Shown: positions 51,607 through 60,911 of the stretch, in pieces
Numbering within the stretch: position 1 is the first letter of the stretch
Layout: each line of letters starts with the position of its first letter
Program-made: the position numbers and the translations under genes
Origin: Clostridia bacterium
Lineage (GTDB): Bacteria > Bacillota > DSM-521 > Neomoorellales > SLTJ01
Direction: 5' to 3'
Length of the DNA: 64,000 nucleotides
Assembly (NCBI GenBank): GCA_024653205.1
Contig: JANLFO010000011.1
Coordinates: 4,940 to 68,939, forward strand
Notes under the pieces: model-generated
The model's input: only the letters and a program-made list of their open reading frames with translations
Databases searched by the model: none
What the model was told of the DNA's origin: nothing

Positions 51607-52649
51607 AGATCAAACGTTACCTGGTGAAGAGTATGCCCGAGGCCATGGCGCAAATCCGCCGCGACCTGGGCACAGAGGCGGTGATTATCGGTACCCGGAG
51701 GGTCCGGCAGCGGGGGGTTCGGGGGTGGTTCACGCCTCCCTGGCTGGAGGTGACGGCGGCGGCAGACACCCGGCCGCCCGAGCCCTCGTCCACGGCGCTG
51801 AAGCGAGAGGTAGAGGAGATCAAGGGCCTCCTGCAGAAGGTGAGCGGCCACCTGGGCCTGGCCGAGCCGGAACCCGACGCCCTGTTGCGCTGGCGGGACC
51901 TGTTACAGCAAATTGAGGTCAATACCGAGATTACCGAGAGGCTCTTGGAGGGTATGGAGGACAGTCTCCGTGGGTCAGGGGGCGAAGACGGCAATCTCTG
52001 GCGGGAGGAAATGGCCGAAAGGCTGGCCCGATTCCTGGCTCCCGCCTGGCCGGGCAAACCCCCGGGCCGGATCATGGCCTTCATCGGCCCCACCGGGGTG
52101 GGCAAGACCACCACCCTGGCCAAGCTGGCCGCGCGCTACTGCCTGCTGGAGAAGAAGAAGGTGGGCCTGGTAACCATGGATACCTACCGCATAGGGGCGG
52201 TGCAGCAACTGGCCATCTACGGAGAGATCCTGGGGGTCCCGGTGGAAACGGCCTTTACCCCCCAGGAGCTCCGGCAGAAGGTAGAGGCGTTCGGCGACCG
52301 CGACGTGGTGCTGATCGATACCGTCGGCCGCTCGCCGCGGAACGACCTGCGGCTGGCTGAACTGCGTGCCTTCCTGGATACGCTGCAGCAGGTGGACAGC
52401 TTCCTGGTTCTGAGTTGCACCACCAGGGCCGGGGACCTGGAGGAGGCGGTGGCCAGGTTCGGCCAGCTCCGGCCCTCCTGGCTCATTTTCACCAAGCTGG
52501 ACGAAACCCGTTGCCGGGGTGCCATTGTGAACGCCGTGGCCAGTACCGGGTTGCCGGTGGCCTACATAACCAACGGTCAGAACGTGCCCGACGACATAGT
52601 GCGGACCGGTCCGGAGAGGCTGGCCCGGCTGATTCTGGGGGTGGACTGA
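51603..52649 (+). CDS. flhF: flagellar SRP-type GTPase FlhF
   Basis: 348 aa. MKIKRYLVKSMPEAMAQIRRDLG N-terminus, G1 GPTGVGKTTT, DTVGRS, TKLDET. Confidence 0.95.
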   Translation: MKIKRYLVKSMPEAMAQIRRDLGTEAVIIGTRRVRQRGVRGWFTPPWLEVTAAADTRPPEPSSTALKREVEEIKGLLQKVSGHLGLAEPEPDALLRWRDLLQQIEVNTEITERLLEGMEDSLRGSGGEDGNLWREEMAERLARFLAPAWPGKPPGRIMAFIGPTGVGKTTTLAKLAARYCLLEKKKVGLVTMDTYRIGAVQQLAIYGEILGVPVETAFTPQELRQKVEAFGDRDVVLIDTVGRSPRNDLRLAELRAFLDTLQQVDSFLVLSCTTRAGDLEEAVARFGQLRPSWLIFTKLDETRCRGAIVNAVASTGLPVAYITNGQNVPDDIVRTGPERLARLILGVD

Positions 52650-53491
52650 TGAGCGACCAGGCCGGCCGACTGCGAGAACTGGTGGCAACCGGAGTCCTGC
52701 CCCTTCGGGCCCTGGCCGTGGCCAGCGGCAAGGGCGGGGTGGGCAAGACCAACCTGGTGGTCAACCTGGCCCTGGCCCTGGGGCTGCGGGGCAGGCGGGT
52801 AGTGGTGCTGGACGGCGACCTGGGCCTGGCCAACGTGGACGTGATGCTGGGGCTGTGCCCGCGCTACAGCCTGTACGACGTACTGAAGGGTGAGTGCCGG
52901 CTGGAGGACGCCGTGCTGGAGGGTCCCGCCAACCTGCGGCTCATACCGGCCGGATCGGGCATAGCCGAGCTGGCGGATCTGGACGGCGGACAGAGGGTAC
53001 AGTTGGTGAACAGCCTCCGCCGCTTCCTTGCCGGGGCGGAGTTTCTGCTCATCGATACCGGCGCGGGCATAGGCCGGGGGGTGATGAGCCTGCTCTCTAC
53101 GGCCGACGAGGTCATAGTGGTGGTAACTCCCGAACCGACATCCTTGGCCGACGGCTATGCTCTGATCAAGGTTCTGGGGCAGGGACGCCTGCACTCCCGG
53201 GTTAACCTGGTGGTGAACCGGGCGGAGAGTGCCGCCGAGGCGCAGCAGGTGCTGCGACGCCTGGCCCTGGTGGTGAACCGCTTCCTGGACATAGAACTCC
53301 GCTATTTGGGCTTCGTCTACAACGATCCGGCGGTTCCCAAGGCCGTTGCCCGGCAGCAGCCGGTGGTGCTGAGCCACCCGCATTCCCGCGCCGCCCGGCA
53401 GTTCAACTATCTGGCCGGTCGGCTGCTGGAGGAGGAGGTTCCCCCGCAGGACGGGGGGTTCATGAGGCGCCTGTTACGGCTCTTCGGGTAG
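52649..53491 (+). CDS. flhG: MinD-type ATPase FlhG (YlxH/FleN)
   Basis: ATG 52649 overlaps the flhF stop (TGATG). Deviant Walker A SGKGGVGKTN. The track ORF start 52415 lies inside flhF and is rejected. Confidence 0.9.
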   Translation: MSDQAGRLRELVATGVLPLRALAVASGKGGVGKTNLVVNLALALGLRGRRVVVLDGDLGLANVDVMLGLCPRYSLYDVLKGECRLEDAVLEGPANLRLIPAGSGIAELADLDGGQRVQLVNSLRRFLAGAEFLLIDTGAGIGRGVMSLLSTADEVIVVVTPEPTSLADGYALIKVLGQGRLHSRVNLVVNRAESAAEAQQVLRRLALVVNRFLDIELRYLGFVYNDPAVPKAVARQQPVVLSHPHSRAARQFNYLAGRLLEEEVPPQDGGFMRRLLRLFG

Positions 53492-53596
53492 AGGACCGGC
53501 CGGCGGCCAGGGAGCCGGCTCTACAAGCAACAGGTGGAGTGCGCCGGAAGTAAAGCGAGGACAGGCTCGGGGCGGACGGCAGACGGAGGGGCGACC

Positions 53597-54277
53597 TTGG
53601 CTACGGGCAGCGGACTCTTGCGCGTAAACCAACGGGTGGAAATCCGGCGAGAGAACGAGGACCAAGGGTACCTAACCCTGGTGCAGGAGGTAAGAGAAGC
53701 AGATTTCGCCGTGCAGTTACCCATGCGGGGTGGCGTGGAGGTCCCGCTTTGGCCGGGAGAAGAGGTGCAGGTGTATGTGCCTACCAGCCGCGGGCGGTAC
53801 GTATTCAGCACTAAGGTGCTGGAGCGCTATTACGACCGGGTACCCTTATGCCGTTTGGCCAAGCCTCGGGAGGTCACCCGGCTGCAAAGGCGCGAGTACG
53901 TACGCTGGCAGGTGGCCCTGGAGGTCCGCTACCAGGTAACCGACGACCCGGCTACGCCCCCTCCCAGGGCCAGGCTGCGCCAGCGGGGGCTCACCGTGGA
54001 CCTCAGCGGCGGAGGGCTCCAGCTTCTGGTCCGGGAGCCGGTTTCGGTGGGGTCGTGGCTGTGGTTGGAATTCGAAATTCCCTACCGGGGAGGTCAGGAG
54101 TCGGTGCGGGCGTTGGGGAAGGTCCGGAGAGTACTGCCCCAAGAAGGGGAAGGACCCCCACGGTACCTCCTGGGGATATCCTTTGAGCGCATAGGGGACC
54201 GGGAGCGGGAAATGATTATCGCTTACATCTTTCATCGCATGGTGTCCGATCGCGCTCTCGTTCCGCCTGAGGAATGA
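53597..54277 (+). CDS. PilZ-domain c-di-GMP receptor, YcgR/MotI(DgrA)-type flagellar brake
   Basis: TTG 53597 lies 5 nt after GGAGGGG (the track start 53534 is also possible). N-terminal PilZN-like barrel, then PilZ motifs RxxxR (LQRREYVRW) and D-x-S-x-x-G (VDLSGGGL). Confidence 0.8.
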   Translation: MATGSGLLRVNQRVEIRRENEDQGYLTLVQEVREADFAVQLPMRGGVEVPLWPGEEVQVYVPTSRGRYVFSTKVLERYYDRVPLCRLAKPREVTRLQRREYVRWQVALEVRYQVTDDPATPPPRARLRQRGLTVDLSGGGLQLLVREPVSVGSWLWLEFEIPYRGGQESVRALGKVRRVLPQEGEGPPRYLLGISFERIGDREREMIIAYIFHRMVSDRALVPPEE

Positions 54278-55053
54278 GGGGGAGCCGGCGAGTGCAGGTA
54301 GACAAAGCCTTAAGAGAACGGCTTTGGGAGCAGTACCGGCGCGGGCGGGACGTCGAAACCCGACGCGAGTTGGTTCTGGCTTACCTGCCGTTGGTAAAAT
54401 ACCTGGCCGGACGCCTTAAACTGCGCCCACGGGTGGGGCTTACCGAGGAGGATTTGGAAGCCTACGGGGTGATAGGGCTGCTGGAGGCTCTGGAACGGTA
54501 TGACCCCAACCGGGGGGCAGAATTTGAAACCTTCGCCCGGCGCCGCATCCAGGGCGCCATGCTCGACGCCCTCCGGCGCCAGGACTGGGCGCCCCGGTCG
54601 GTGCGCGAGCGCCTGCACCAGGTGGCCGGCGTCGTTCGGGTGATAGAACAGGAAAAGAAAGCTCCGGCGACCGACGAGGAGGTGGCCACGCGCCTGGGCT
54701 GGCCGGTATCCCGGGTGCAGGAGGCCTGGCTGGAGGCGCACGAGACTGCCCTTACCTCTCTGGAGGAGCTGCTTTTTCCGGGGGAAGGGCAGGACTCGTC
54801 CCGTCCGGCCGCCGACCCGGAGAGCCCCGATCCCGCCCGGGTTTACGAGGAAAACGAGCTGCGGGCCCTCCTGGCCCGGGCCCTGTCGGAGCTGGGTGAT
54901 CCCGACCGCCTGGTGCTTAACCTCTACTACTACGAGGGCTTGACCCTGAAGGAGATCGGCGCGGTGCTGGGAGTGTCCGAGTCCAGAGCCTGCCAGCTGC
55001 GGGGCCGGGCGCTGCTGAGGCTGCGCGCGCGGTTGAAGGAGTGGGGCTACTAA
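54274..55053 (+). CDS. fliA: flagellar sigma factor sigma-28 (FliA/SigD)
   Basis: 259 aa. Region 2 (LVLAYLPLVKYLA...DLEAYGVIGLLEALERYD) and region 4.2 HTH (LTLKEIGAVLGVSESRACQLRGRAL). Confidence 0.95.
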   Translation: MRGSRRVQVDKALRERLWEQYRRGRDVETRRELVLAYLPLVKYLAGRLKLRPRVGLTEEDLEAYGVIGLLEALERYDPNRGAEFETFARRRIQGAMLDALRRQDWAPRSVRERLHQVAGVVRVIEQEKKAPATDEEVATRLGWPVSRVQEAWLEAHETALTSLEELLFPGEGQDSSRPAADPESPDPARVYEENELRALLARALSELGDPDRLVLNLYYYEGLTLKEIGAVLGVSESRACQLRGRALLRLRARLKEWGY

Positions 55054-55054
55054 G

Positions 55055-55477
55055 GTGGGTTATCTCTTGATCCTGCTGGGCCTGGCGCTGGTGGCCCTTA
55101 CCTTTAGGTCGGCGCTGTTCGGACAGCGCGGCCCGGCGGAGGACCGGACGCGAGACGCTGCTGCCGTAGAGCCTGCGCCCGCGCCGGCGGCCTGGGAGCA
55201 GTTGATGGAGCGCCTGAGTGCGCTGGAAAGGCGCCTGATGGAAGACGCCGCAGAGCCTGCGGGGCCCGTACTGCCGCCCGAGGCCGCGGGGGAGGCGGCT
55301 CCGGAAGGAGGCGCCACGGCCTTCGACGAAGTATTGGCCCATACCTTGCGTGACGGCTGGCGGCAGGAGGTGTACGCCGCCTACGACGCCGGGGAGGACG
55401 TGGAGAGTATTGCCCGCCGTCTGGGTCGGGGAAGGGGGGAGATAGAATTAATCCTTCGGCTGCGCTCGGGCGCGTGA
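55055..55477 (+). CDS. hypothetical single-TM protein in the post-sigD (swrB-like) position
   Basis: 140 aa. N-terminal TM (YLLILLGLALVALTF), Ala/Pro/Glu-rich linker and a C-terminal short helical module (DVESIARRLGRGRGEIELILRL). Starts 1 nt after the fliA stop. Confidence 0.55.
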   Translation: MGYLLILLGLALVALTFRSALFGQRGPAEDRTRDAAAVEPAPAPAAWEQLMERLSALERRLMEDAAEPAGPVLPPEAAGEAAPEGGATAFDEVLAHTLRDGWRQEVYAAYDAGEDVESIARRLGRGRGEIELILRLRSGA

Positions 55478-55923
55478 AGTACTGGTGGCCGGCGGCGTCC
55501 CGGATAGGGATGGGTATGGGCTTGGGTCTCATCGCGGCCGGAATCCTGGTGTTGAGCTTTCCGCCGTCGCCTCCTACGCGGCAGCAGATCGAGAGTCAGG
55601 CGCGGGCCCTGGGTATGGTTTACCGGGAAGAGGTGGTAGCCTGGGCGCCGGAGCCGGCGGCCACCCGGCCGGAGCCGGCAAAGGAGGAGGCGGCCGGAGG
55701 CCCGCGGGAGGTGGAGGTCTACATTCCTCCCGGGTTTACTTCTTCGCAGGTGGCGGAGCTTCTGGCCCGCCAGGGAGTGGTGCCTGAGGCCGCCGCGTTT
55801 GAGCGGCTGCTGCAGGAAAAGGGCCTTACCCGCCGACTGGCCGCCGGGTATCACCGCATCCCGGTGCCGGCAGAGGCCGAGGAGGTGGCGACAATACTTA
55901 CGCGGAGCAGGAAGTCCAGGTGA
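55474..55923 (+). CDS. hypothetical single-TM protein
   Basis: 149 aa. TM (GMGLGLIAAGILVLSF), then a small C-terminal domain (VEVYIPPGFTSSQVAELLARQGVV...). Overlaps the previous stop by 4 nt. No family recognised with confidence. Confidence 0.5.
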   Translation: MKYWWPAASRIGMGMGLGLIAAGILVLSFPPSPPTRQQIESQARALGMVYREEVVAWAPEPAATRPEPAKEEAAGGPREVEVYIPPGFTSSQVAELLARQGVVPEAAAFERLLQEKGLTRRLAAGYHRIPVPAEAEEVATILTRSRKSR

Positions 55924-55991
55924 GCAGTTATCGCCGGCACGAAGTTGCACCTAGCTTGCAAGTGAGAGGGCAAAAGCGGAGGGGATAGCTC

Positions 55992-56732
55992 ATGTTGCGC
56001 GGACTGTATGCGGCCAATACCGCCCTGGTAACCCAGCAGATGGTGGAAACCGTAGTGGGCAACAACCTGGCCAATCTCAATACCTGGGGATACAAGGCGG
56101 ACGCCGCAGCCTTGAGGAGCTTTCGCGAAGTGCTGCTGTGGCGGCTGGAGGGGTACGGGCAGAGCCCGGTGGGTACCGTGGGGCCGGGAGTGGCCGTAGA
56201 CGAGGTAAGGACCGACTTTGAAACCGGTCCCCTGGTGTTTACCGGTCGGCGGCTGGACCTGGCGCTGGCGGGACCGGGATACTTCGTGCTCCAGGACGCC
56301 GCGGGGGAGGTTTACCTCACGCGCTGCGGGGCCCTGGCGGTGAACGCCCAGGGCTACCTGGTGACGGAGCACGGCCACCTGGTACTGGGCGAGGGCGGCC
56401 CCATATCTGTAGGTGCGGAAGAGGTGAGCGTGGGCGAGGACCGGGTGGTGCGGGTTGCCGGCGAAGCCGTTGGGCGGTTGCTGGTGGTAGATCTGCAGGG
56501 ACAGGTGCCGGTAAAGGTGGAAGCGGGCCTGCTGCGGCCGCCGGACCGGGCCAACCTGGTGGCGTTGGAAACCCCGGTGAAGAGCGGTCACCTGGAGCAG
56601 TCCAACGTGGACGCGGTACGGGCCATGGTGGAGCTGTTGTCCGCCTTCCGGGCGTACGAAGCCGCGCAGCGGGTGCTGCGGGCGCAGGATGAAACCCTGG
56701 GCCGGTCCATAGAGGTAGGGTCGCTACGCTGA
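55992..56732 (+). CDS. flgF: flagellar basal-body rod protein (FlgF/FlhO-like)
   Basis: 246 aa. MLRGLYAANTALVTQQMVETVVGNNLANLNTWGYK...LEQSNVDAVRAMVELLSAFRAYEAAQRVL. Confidence 0.85.
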   Translation: MLRGLYAANTALVTQQMVETVVGNNLANLNTWGYKADAAALRSFREVLLWRLEGYGQSPVGTVGPGVAVDEVRTDFETGPLVFTGRRLDLALAGPGYFVLQDAAGEVYLTRCGALAVNAQGYLVTEHGHLVLGEGGPISVGAEEVSVGEDRVVRVAGEAVGRLLVVDLQGQVPVKVEAGLLRPPDRANLVALETPVKSGHLEQSNVDAVRAMVELLSAFRAYEAAQRVLRAQDETLGRSIEVGSLR

Positions 56733-56746
56733 GGAGGTGAGAGGGA

Positions 56747-57514
56747 ATGGGACCCATCATGCGAACCGCGGCCAGCGGCCTTTACGCCCAGGCGACGAAA
56801 TTGGAGGTGCTGGCCAACAACCTGGCCAACGTGCAGACCACCGGTTTCAAGTCCCGGCGTGTGGGCCTGGCCGATCTGACCTATCAGGAGCTTACCCGCT
56901 CCGGCTGGCCGGCCTACGGCGGCCGCGTGGGAACGGGTACGGCGGTGGCCGAGATTGGCCCGGACTTTGCCGGGGGCGCCCTGCTCGAAACCGGCCGACC
57001 CTTTGACGTGGCCGTGCTGGGATCCGGGTTCCTGGCCGTACAGCTTCCGGACGGCAGTCCGGCCTACACCCGGGACGGCCACCTGGTGCTGACGCCCGGC
57101 GGCAGGCTGGTGCACGCCGGAACCGGGTATCCGCTCCTGCCGGAAATTGCGGTCCCCGAGGAGGCGCAGCAGGTAAGCATCACGCCCGACGGCCGGGTGT
57201 GGGCCCGGACGGCGGAGGGCGAACCCGAGGAAGTGGGCCAGATCTGGCTGTACCGGTTTGTCAATCCTCAAGGCCTGGTGGCCCGGGGCGAGAACCTGTG
57301 GCTCGCCGGGGAGCTGAGCGGTGAACCGGAAGTGGCCGCGCCGGGAACCCCGGGCTGGGGTAGCCTGGGGATCGGACAGCTCGAGGCCAGCAACGTGGAC
57401 GTGGCGGAACAAATGGTAGAAATGCTGTTGGCCCAGAGGGCGTACCAGCTCAACGCCCGGATGATTACCACGGCGGACGAAATGTGGTCCTTGGCCAACG
57501 ATCTCCGTCGCTAG
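56747..57514 (+). CDS. flgG: flagellar distal rod protein FlgG (FlhP-like)
   Basis: 255 aa. RTAASGLYAQATKLEVLANNLANVQTTGFK...LEASNVDVAEQMVEMLLAQRAYQLNARMITTADEM. Confidence 0.9.
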   Translation: MGPIMRTAASGLYAQATKLEVLANNLANVQTTGFKSRRVGLADLTYQELTRSGWPAYGGRVGTGTAVAEIGPDFAGGALLETGRPFDVAVLGSGFLAVQLPDGSPAYTRDGHLVLTPGGRLVHAGTGYPLLPEIAVPEEAQQVSITPDGRVWARTAEGEPEEVGQIWLYRFVNPQGLVARGENLWLAGELSGEPEVAAPGTPGWGSLGIGQLEASNVDVAEQMVEMLLAQRAYQLNARMITTADEMWSLANDLRR

Positions 57515-57544
57515 CGTTGCCGGTACCGCGGAGGGCCAGGGCTA

Positions 57545-58051
57545 ATGGCAGAGGACTCCAGGGACCATGCCAGAGAGGTGAAAGTGGGAATAGCCCAGTG
57601 GAAGGTGGCCAAGGCGCCCTACCGTTTGATCACTTTGGGTCTGGGCTCCTGTGTGGGCGTGGCCTTATACGACCGCCAAGCCCGCGTCGGGGGTATGGCG
57701 CACGTCATGCTGCCGGATAGCTCGCAGTTCGCCAACCAGCATAATCCGGCAAAGTTTGCCGACACCGCCCTCCCGGCCCTGCTCGAGGAGATGCTGCGCT
57801 GGGGTGCCGGCCGGCAGCGCCTGGTAGCGAAGCTGGCCGGAGGAGCCCAGATGTTTAACTCCCAGGGCGGCGGCCCCTTGTTGAATATCGGGCCACGCAA
57901 CGTTGCCGCCGTCAAGGAAACGCTGCAGCAATTGGGAATTCCCGTTTCCGGCGAGGATTGCGGGGGCAGCATGGGTCGGACCATGATTCTGGATACGGAG
58001 ACCGGTGCCGTTTACATAAGGGCTATCGGCCGACCGGTACGGAGCCTGTGA
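57545..58051 (+). CDS. cheD: chemoreceptor glutamine deamidase CheD
   Basis: 168 aa. LITLGLGSCVGVALYD...GGMAHVMLP carries the CheD catalytic Cys/His context. Confidence 0.9.
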   Translation: MAEDSRDHAREVKVGIAQWKVAKAPYRLITLGLGSCVGVALYDRQARVGGMAHVMLPDSSQFANQHNPAKFADTALPALLEEMLRWGAGRQRLVAKLAGGAQMFNSQGGGPLLNIGPRNVAAVKETLQQLGIPVSGEDCGGSMGRTMILDTETGAVYIRAIGRPVRSL

Positions 58052-58094
58052 CAGCGCATGGGGTTGAGACAACGTTTTCCGGGAGAGGGAGACC

Positions 58095-58865
58095 ATGGAC
58101 TTTGCGGAGTTTCGGCAGGCGGTGAACGCCAGTTTCGGTCTGGTCCTGGACGGCTATAAGGAAAAGCAGCTCAGACGCCGGATCGACACCCTGATGCACA
58201 CTCTGGACCTAAAGGATTATCGGGCCTACTACGAGCTGCTTTTGCAGGACCCTCAGCAAAAGAAGCGCTTTTTGGATCGCATCACCATCAACGTTTCGGA
58301 GTTCTTTCGTAACCCGGAAATCTTCGGCTACCTGGAGAAGGAGATCCTGCCGCAACTGCTGGCGGAGAACCGGAACCTGCGGGTATGGAGTGCAGGCTGC
58401 GCCAACGGAGCGGAGCCGTACTCTCTGGCCATACTGTGTGCTGAACAGAATCCCGCCGGCGGCCACCGTATCGAGGCCACCGACGTGGACGAGGGAGTGC
58501 TGGCCGAGGCCCGGGCCGGAGCCTACCGGAAGGAACTGCTGCAGAACGTTTCCCCGCCGCGCCTGGCGCGCTACTTTGAACCGCGCGATGGGGTGTACCT
58601 GGTCAAGGAGGAGCTGCGGCAGGCGGTGAGCTTCCGGCGCCACGACTTGCTGAAAGACCCTTACGGCCAGGGTTACGACCTCATCGTGTGTCGCAACGTG
58701 GTCATTTACTTTACCCGCGAGATTCAGGACCGCCTGTATGCCCAATTCTTCCGCGCCTTGCGGCCCGGCGGGGTACTGTTCATAGGCGCGGCGGAAACCA
58801 TTCTCCAGTACCGGCAGCTGGGGTTCGCCAGGCTGGCGCCCTGGTTTTACCGGCGGCCGGCCTAA
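58095..58865 (+). CDS. cheR: chemotaxis methyltransferase CheR
   Basis: 256 aa. TINVSEFFRNPEIF and the SAM-binding LRVWSAGCANGAEPYSLA, CRNVVIYF. Confidence 0.95.
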   Translation: MDFAEFRQAVNASFGLVLDGYKEKQLRRRIDTLMHTLDLKDYRAYYELLLQDPQQKKRFLDRITINVSEFFRNPEIFGYLEKEILPQLLAENRNLRVWSAGCANGAEPYSLAILCAEQNPAGGHRIEATDVDEGVLAEARAGAYRKELLQNVSPPRLARYFEPRDGVYLVKEELRQAVSFRRHDLLKDPYGQGYDLIVCRNVVIYFTREIQDRLYAQFFRALRPGGVLFIGAAETILQYRQLGFARLAPWFYRRPA

Positions 58866-58889
58866 CCTGGGGCTGGAAGAGGTGGGAAC

Positions 58890-59504
58890 GTGGACGTCTG
58901 GAACGGTCTGAGCAACCTTCAGGTTGACGCCATCCGCGAAATCGGCAACATCGGGGCCGGCAGTGCCGCCACCGCTCTGGCGCAAATGATGAACCAGCGC
59001 ATACAGATGAGCGTGCCCCGGGCGGGAGTCATGCCCCTGGAGGACATAATCCGCCTGGTGGGAGGCGAGGAGGAACCGGTGGCCTGCGTCACCACGGTGG
59101 TGACCGGGCAGGCTCCTTCTCTGGTGCTGTACCTGCTGTCTGCCTCTGCCGCCTTCGGCCTGGTGGATCTGCTCCTGGGGCGCCCCTCCGGCAGTACTAC
59201 CGATTTGGGAGAGATGGAGAAGTCGGTGCTCTCCGAAGTAGGGAATATACTTACCGGGTCTTTTCTCACCGCTTTCTCCCAGATGACCGGTCTTTCCCTG
59301 CTGCCCTCGGTGCCCGTGCTGGCGTTCGACATGCTGGGGGCGGTGATCAGCGCTGCGCTGGTGGAAGGAGGTTACTACGAGGACCGAGTACTGGTTATTG
59401 AGACCGTATTCTCCGGGACAAACAGCTCCATTTCCAGCCATTTCTTCCTTGCTCCGCAGGCAGGAAGCCTGGAAGCGATCTTGAAAGCCGTGGGCCTGGC
59501 CTAG
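58890..59504 (+). CDS. cheC: CheY-P phosphatase CheC
   Basis: 204 aa. Duplicated motifs DAIREIGNIGAGSAATALAQ and LSEVGNILTGSFLTAFSQ. Confidence 0.9.
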   Translation: MDVWNGLSNLQVDAIREIGNIGAGSAATALAQMMNQRIQMSVPRAGVMPLEDIIRLVGGEEEPVACVTTVVTGQAPSLVLYLLSASAAFGLVDLLLGRPSGSTTDLGEMEKSVLSEVGNILTGSFLTAFSQMTGLSLLPSVPVLAFDMLGAVISAALVEGGYYEDRVLVIETVFSGTNSSISSHFFLAPQAGSLEAILKAVGLA

Positions 59505-59528
59505 AACTCGGTGTTGGGGGTGTGAGTT

Positions 59529-59891
59529 TTGGGTAAGCGGGTGTTAATTGTGGATGATGCCGCCTTCATGCGCATGATGCTTAAAGACATACTTGCCAGA
59601 AACGGGTATGAGATCGCCGGTGAAGCGGAGAACGGCCAGCGGGCGGTGGAACTGTATCGGGAACTCAGGCCCGACGCCGTCACCATGGACATTACCATGC
59701 CGGAAATGGACGGTATTACCGCGGTCAAGGAGATCAAGAAGCTGGACCCCGAGGCCAGGATCGTGATGTGCAGTGCCATGGGCCAGCAGCTGATGGTCAT
59801 GGAAGCCATCCAGGCCGGGGCGAAGGATTTCGTGGTAAAGCCGTTTCAGCAAGAACGGGTGCTCCAGGCCCTGGAAAAGGTCCTGGGATAA
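59529..59891 (+). CDS. cheY: chemotaxis response regulator CheY
   Basis: 120 aa. VLIVDDAAFMR, phospho-acceptor context AVTMDITMPEMDG, FVVKPF. Confidence 0.95.
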   Translation: MGKRVLIVDDAAFMRMMLKDILARNGYEIAGEAENGQRAVELYRELRPDAVTMDITMPEMDGITAVKEIKKLDPEARIVMCSAMGQQLMVMEAIQAGAKDFVVKPFQQERVLQALEKVLG

Positions 59892-59912
59892 CCCCGGCTA
59901 AGGAGGATCGCC

Positions 59913-60911
59913 ATGCCCAGGGAAGTACTCAGCCAGGAAGAGATAGACCTGCTGCTCAAGGCACTGGCCACCGGGGAAGTGCGGGCCGAGGAGGCCATGG
60001 GGCGCCAGGAAAGGCAGGAGGCCAATCCCTACGACTTCCGGCGCCCGAACAAGTTTTCCAAGGAGCAGCTGAACACCCTCTTTATGATCCACGACAATTT
60101 CGGCCGGCTGGTGTCCAATTTTCTCTCGGGGTACCTGCGCACCAGCGTTCAGGTTAAGATCGTTTCCGTGGATCAGGTAACCTATGAGGACTTCCTGGTT
60201 TCCATCCCCATGCCCACCCTGATTACCGTATTCAGCCTGGCCCCCCTGAAGGGTACGGCGATCCTGGAAACCAGCCCGGCCTTTGTTTTTCCGATTCTCG
60301 ATCTGCTGTTGGGCGGGAGCGGGTACATGCCCCAGAGGGCCCGCGAGTTGACGGACATCGAGATGGGGGTTTTGCGCCGGGTTAACGCCCGGATTCTGGA
60401 GCAGCTCCGGTACGCCTGGGGCGATCTGGTGGGTTTCGAGCCGCGCATCGAGTTTTTGGAAACCAATCCGCAGTTCAACCAGATTCTATCGCCCAACGAG
60501 ACCGTGGGCGTGATTACCTTCACCACTCAGGTAGGTGAGGTCCAGGGACTGATCAACCTGTGCTGGCCGTTCATCAGCTTGGAGTCGGTGGTGGGCAGGC
60601 TCACCGCCCGGTATTGGTTTGCCGCCCAGGAGGCGGAGGACGCGGAAGCCTCCCGCGAAACCCTGGAGCGGCTTATGGAGGAGGTTCCCTTGGAGCTGGC
60701 AGTACGCGTGGGTCAAACCCGGATCAGTTTGCGGGAGTTCCTGGAGTTGGAGCCGGGCGATGTGATCCCGCTCGAGCGCTCGGTGCATGAGGACCTGGAG
60801 TTCATGGTGGGAGATCGCCCTTATCTTTTGGGCCAGCCCGGAGCCGTGGGCAAGAAACTGGGGCTCTTGCTGACCGGCTGGGCGGGCCAGGAGGAAAGAG
60901 CCAGTGAGTGA
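59913..60911 (+). CDS. fliM: flagellar motor switch protein FliM
   Basis: 332 aa. N-terminal CheY-binding motif LSQEEIDLLL, then PYDFRRPNKFSKEQLNTLFMIHDNFGR and a C-terminal SpoA-like domain. Confidence 0.95.
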   Translation: MPREVLSQEEIDLLLKALATGEVRAEEAMGRQERQEANPYDFRRPNKFSKEQLNTLFMIHDNFGRLVSNFLSGYLRTSVQVKIVSVDQVTYEDFLVSIPMPTLITVFSLAPLKGTAILETSPAFVFPILDLLLGGSGYMPQRARELTDIEMGVLRRVNARILEQLRYAWGDLVGFEPRIEFLETNPQFNQILSPNETVGVITFTTQVGEVQGLINLCWPFISLESVVGRLTARYWFAAQEAEDAEASRETLERLMEEVPLELAVRVGQTRISLREFLELEPGDVIPLERSVHEDLEFMVGDRPYLLGQPGAVGKKLGLLLTGWAGQEERASE

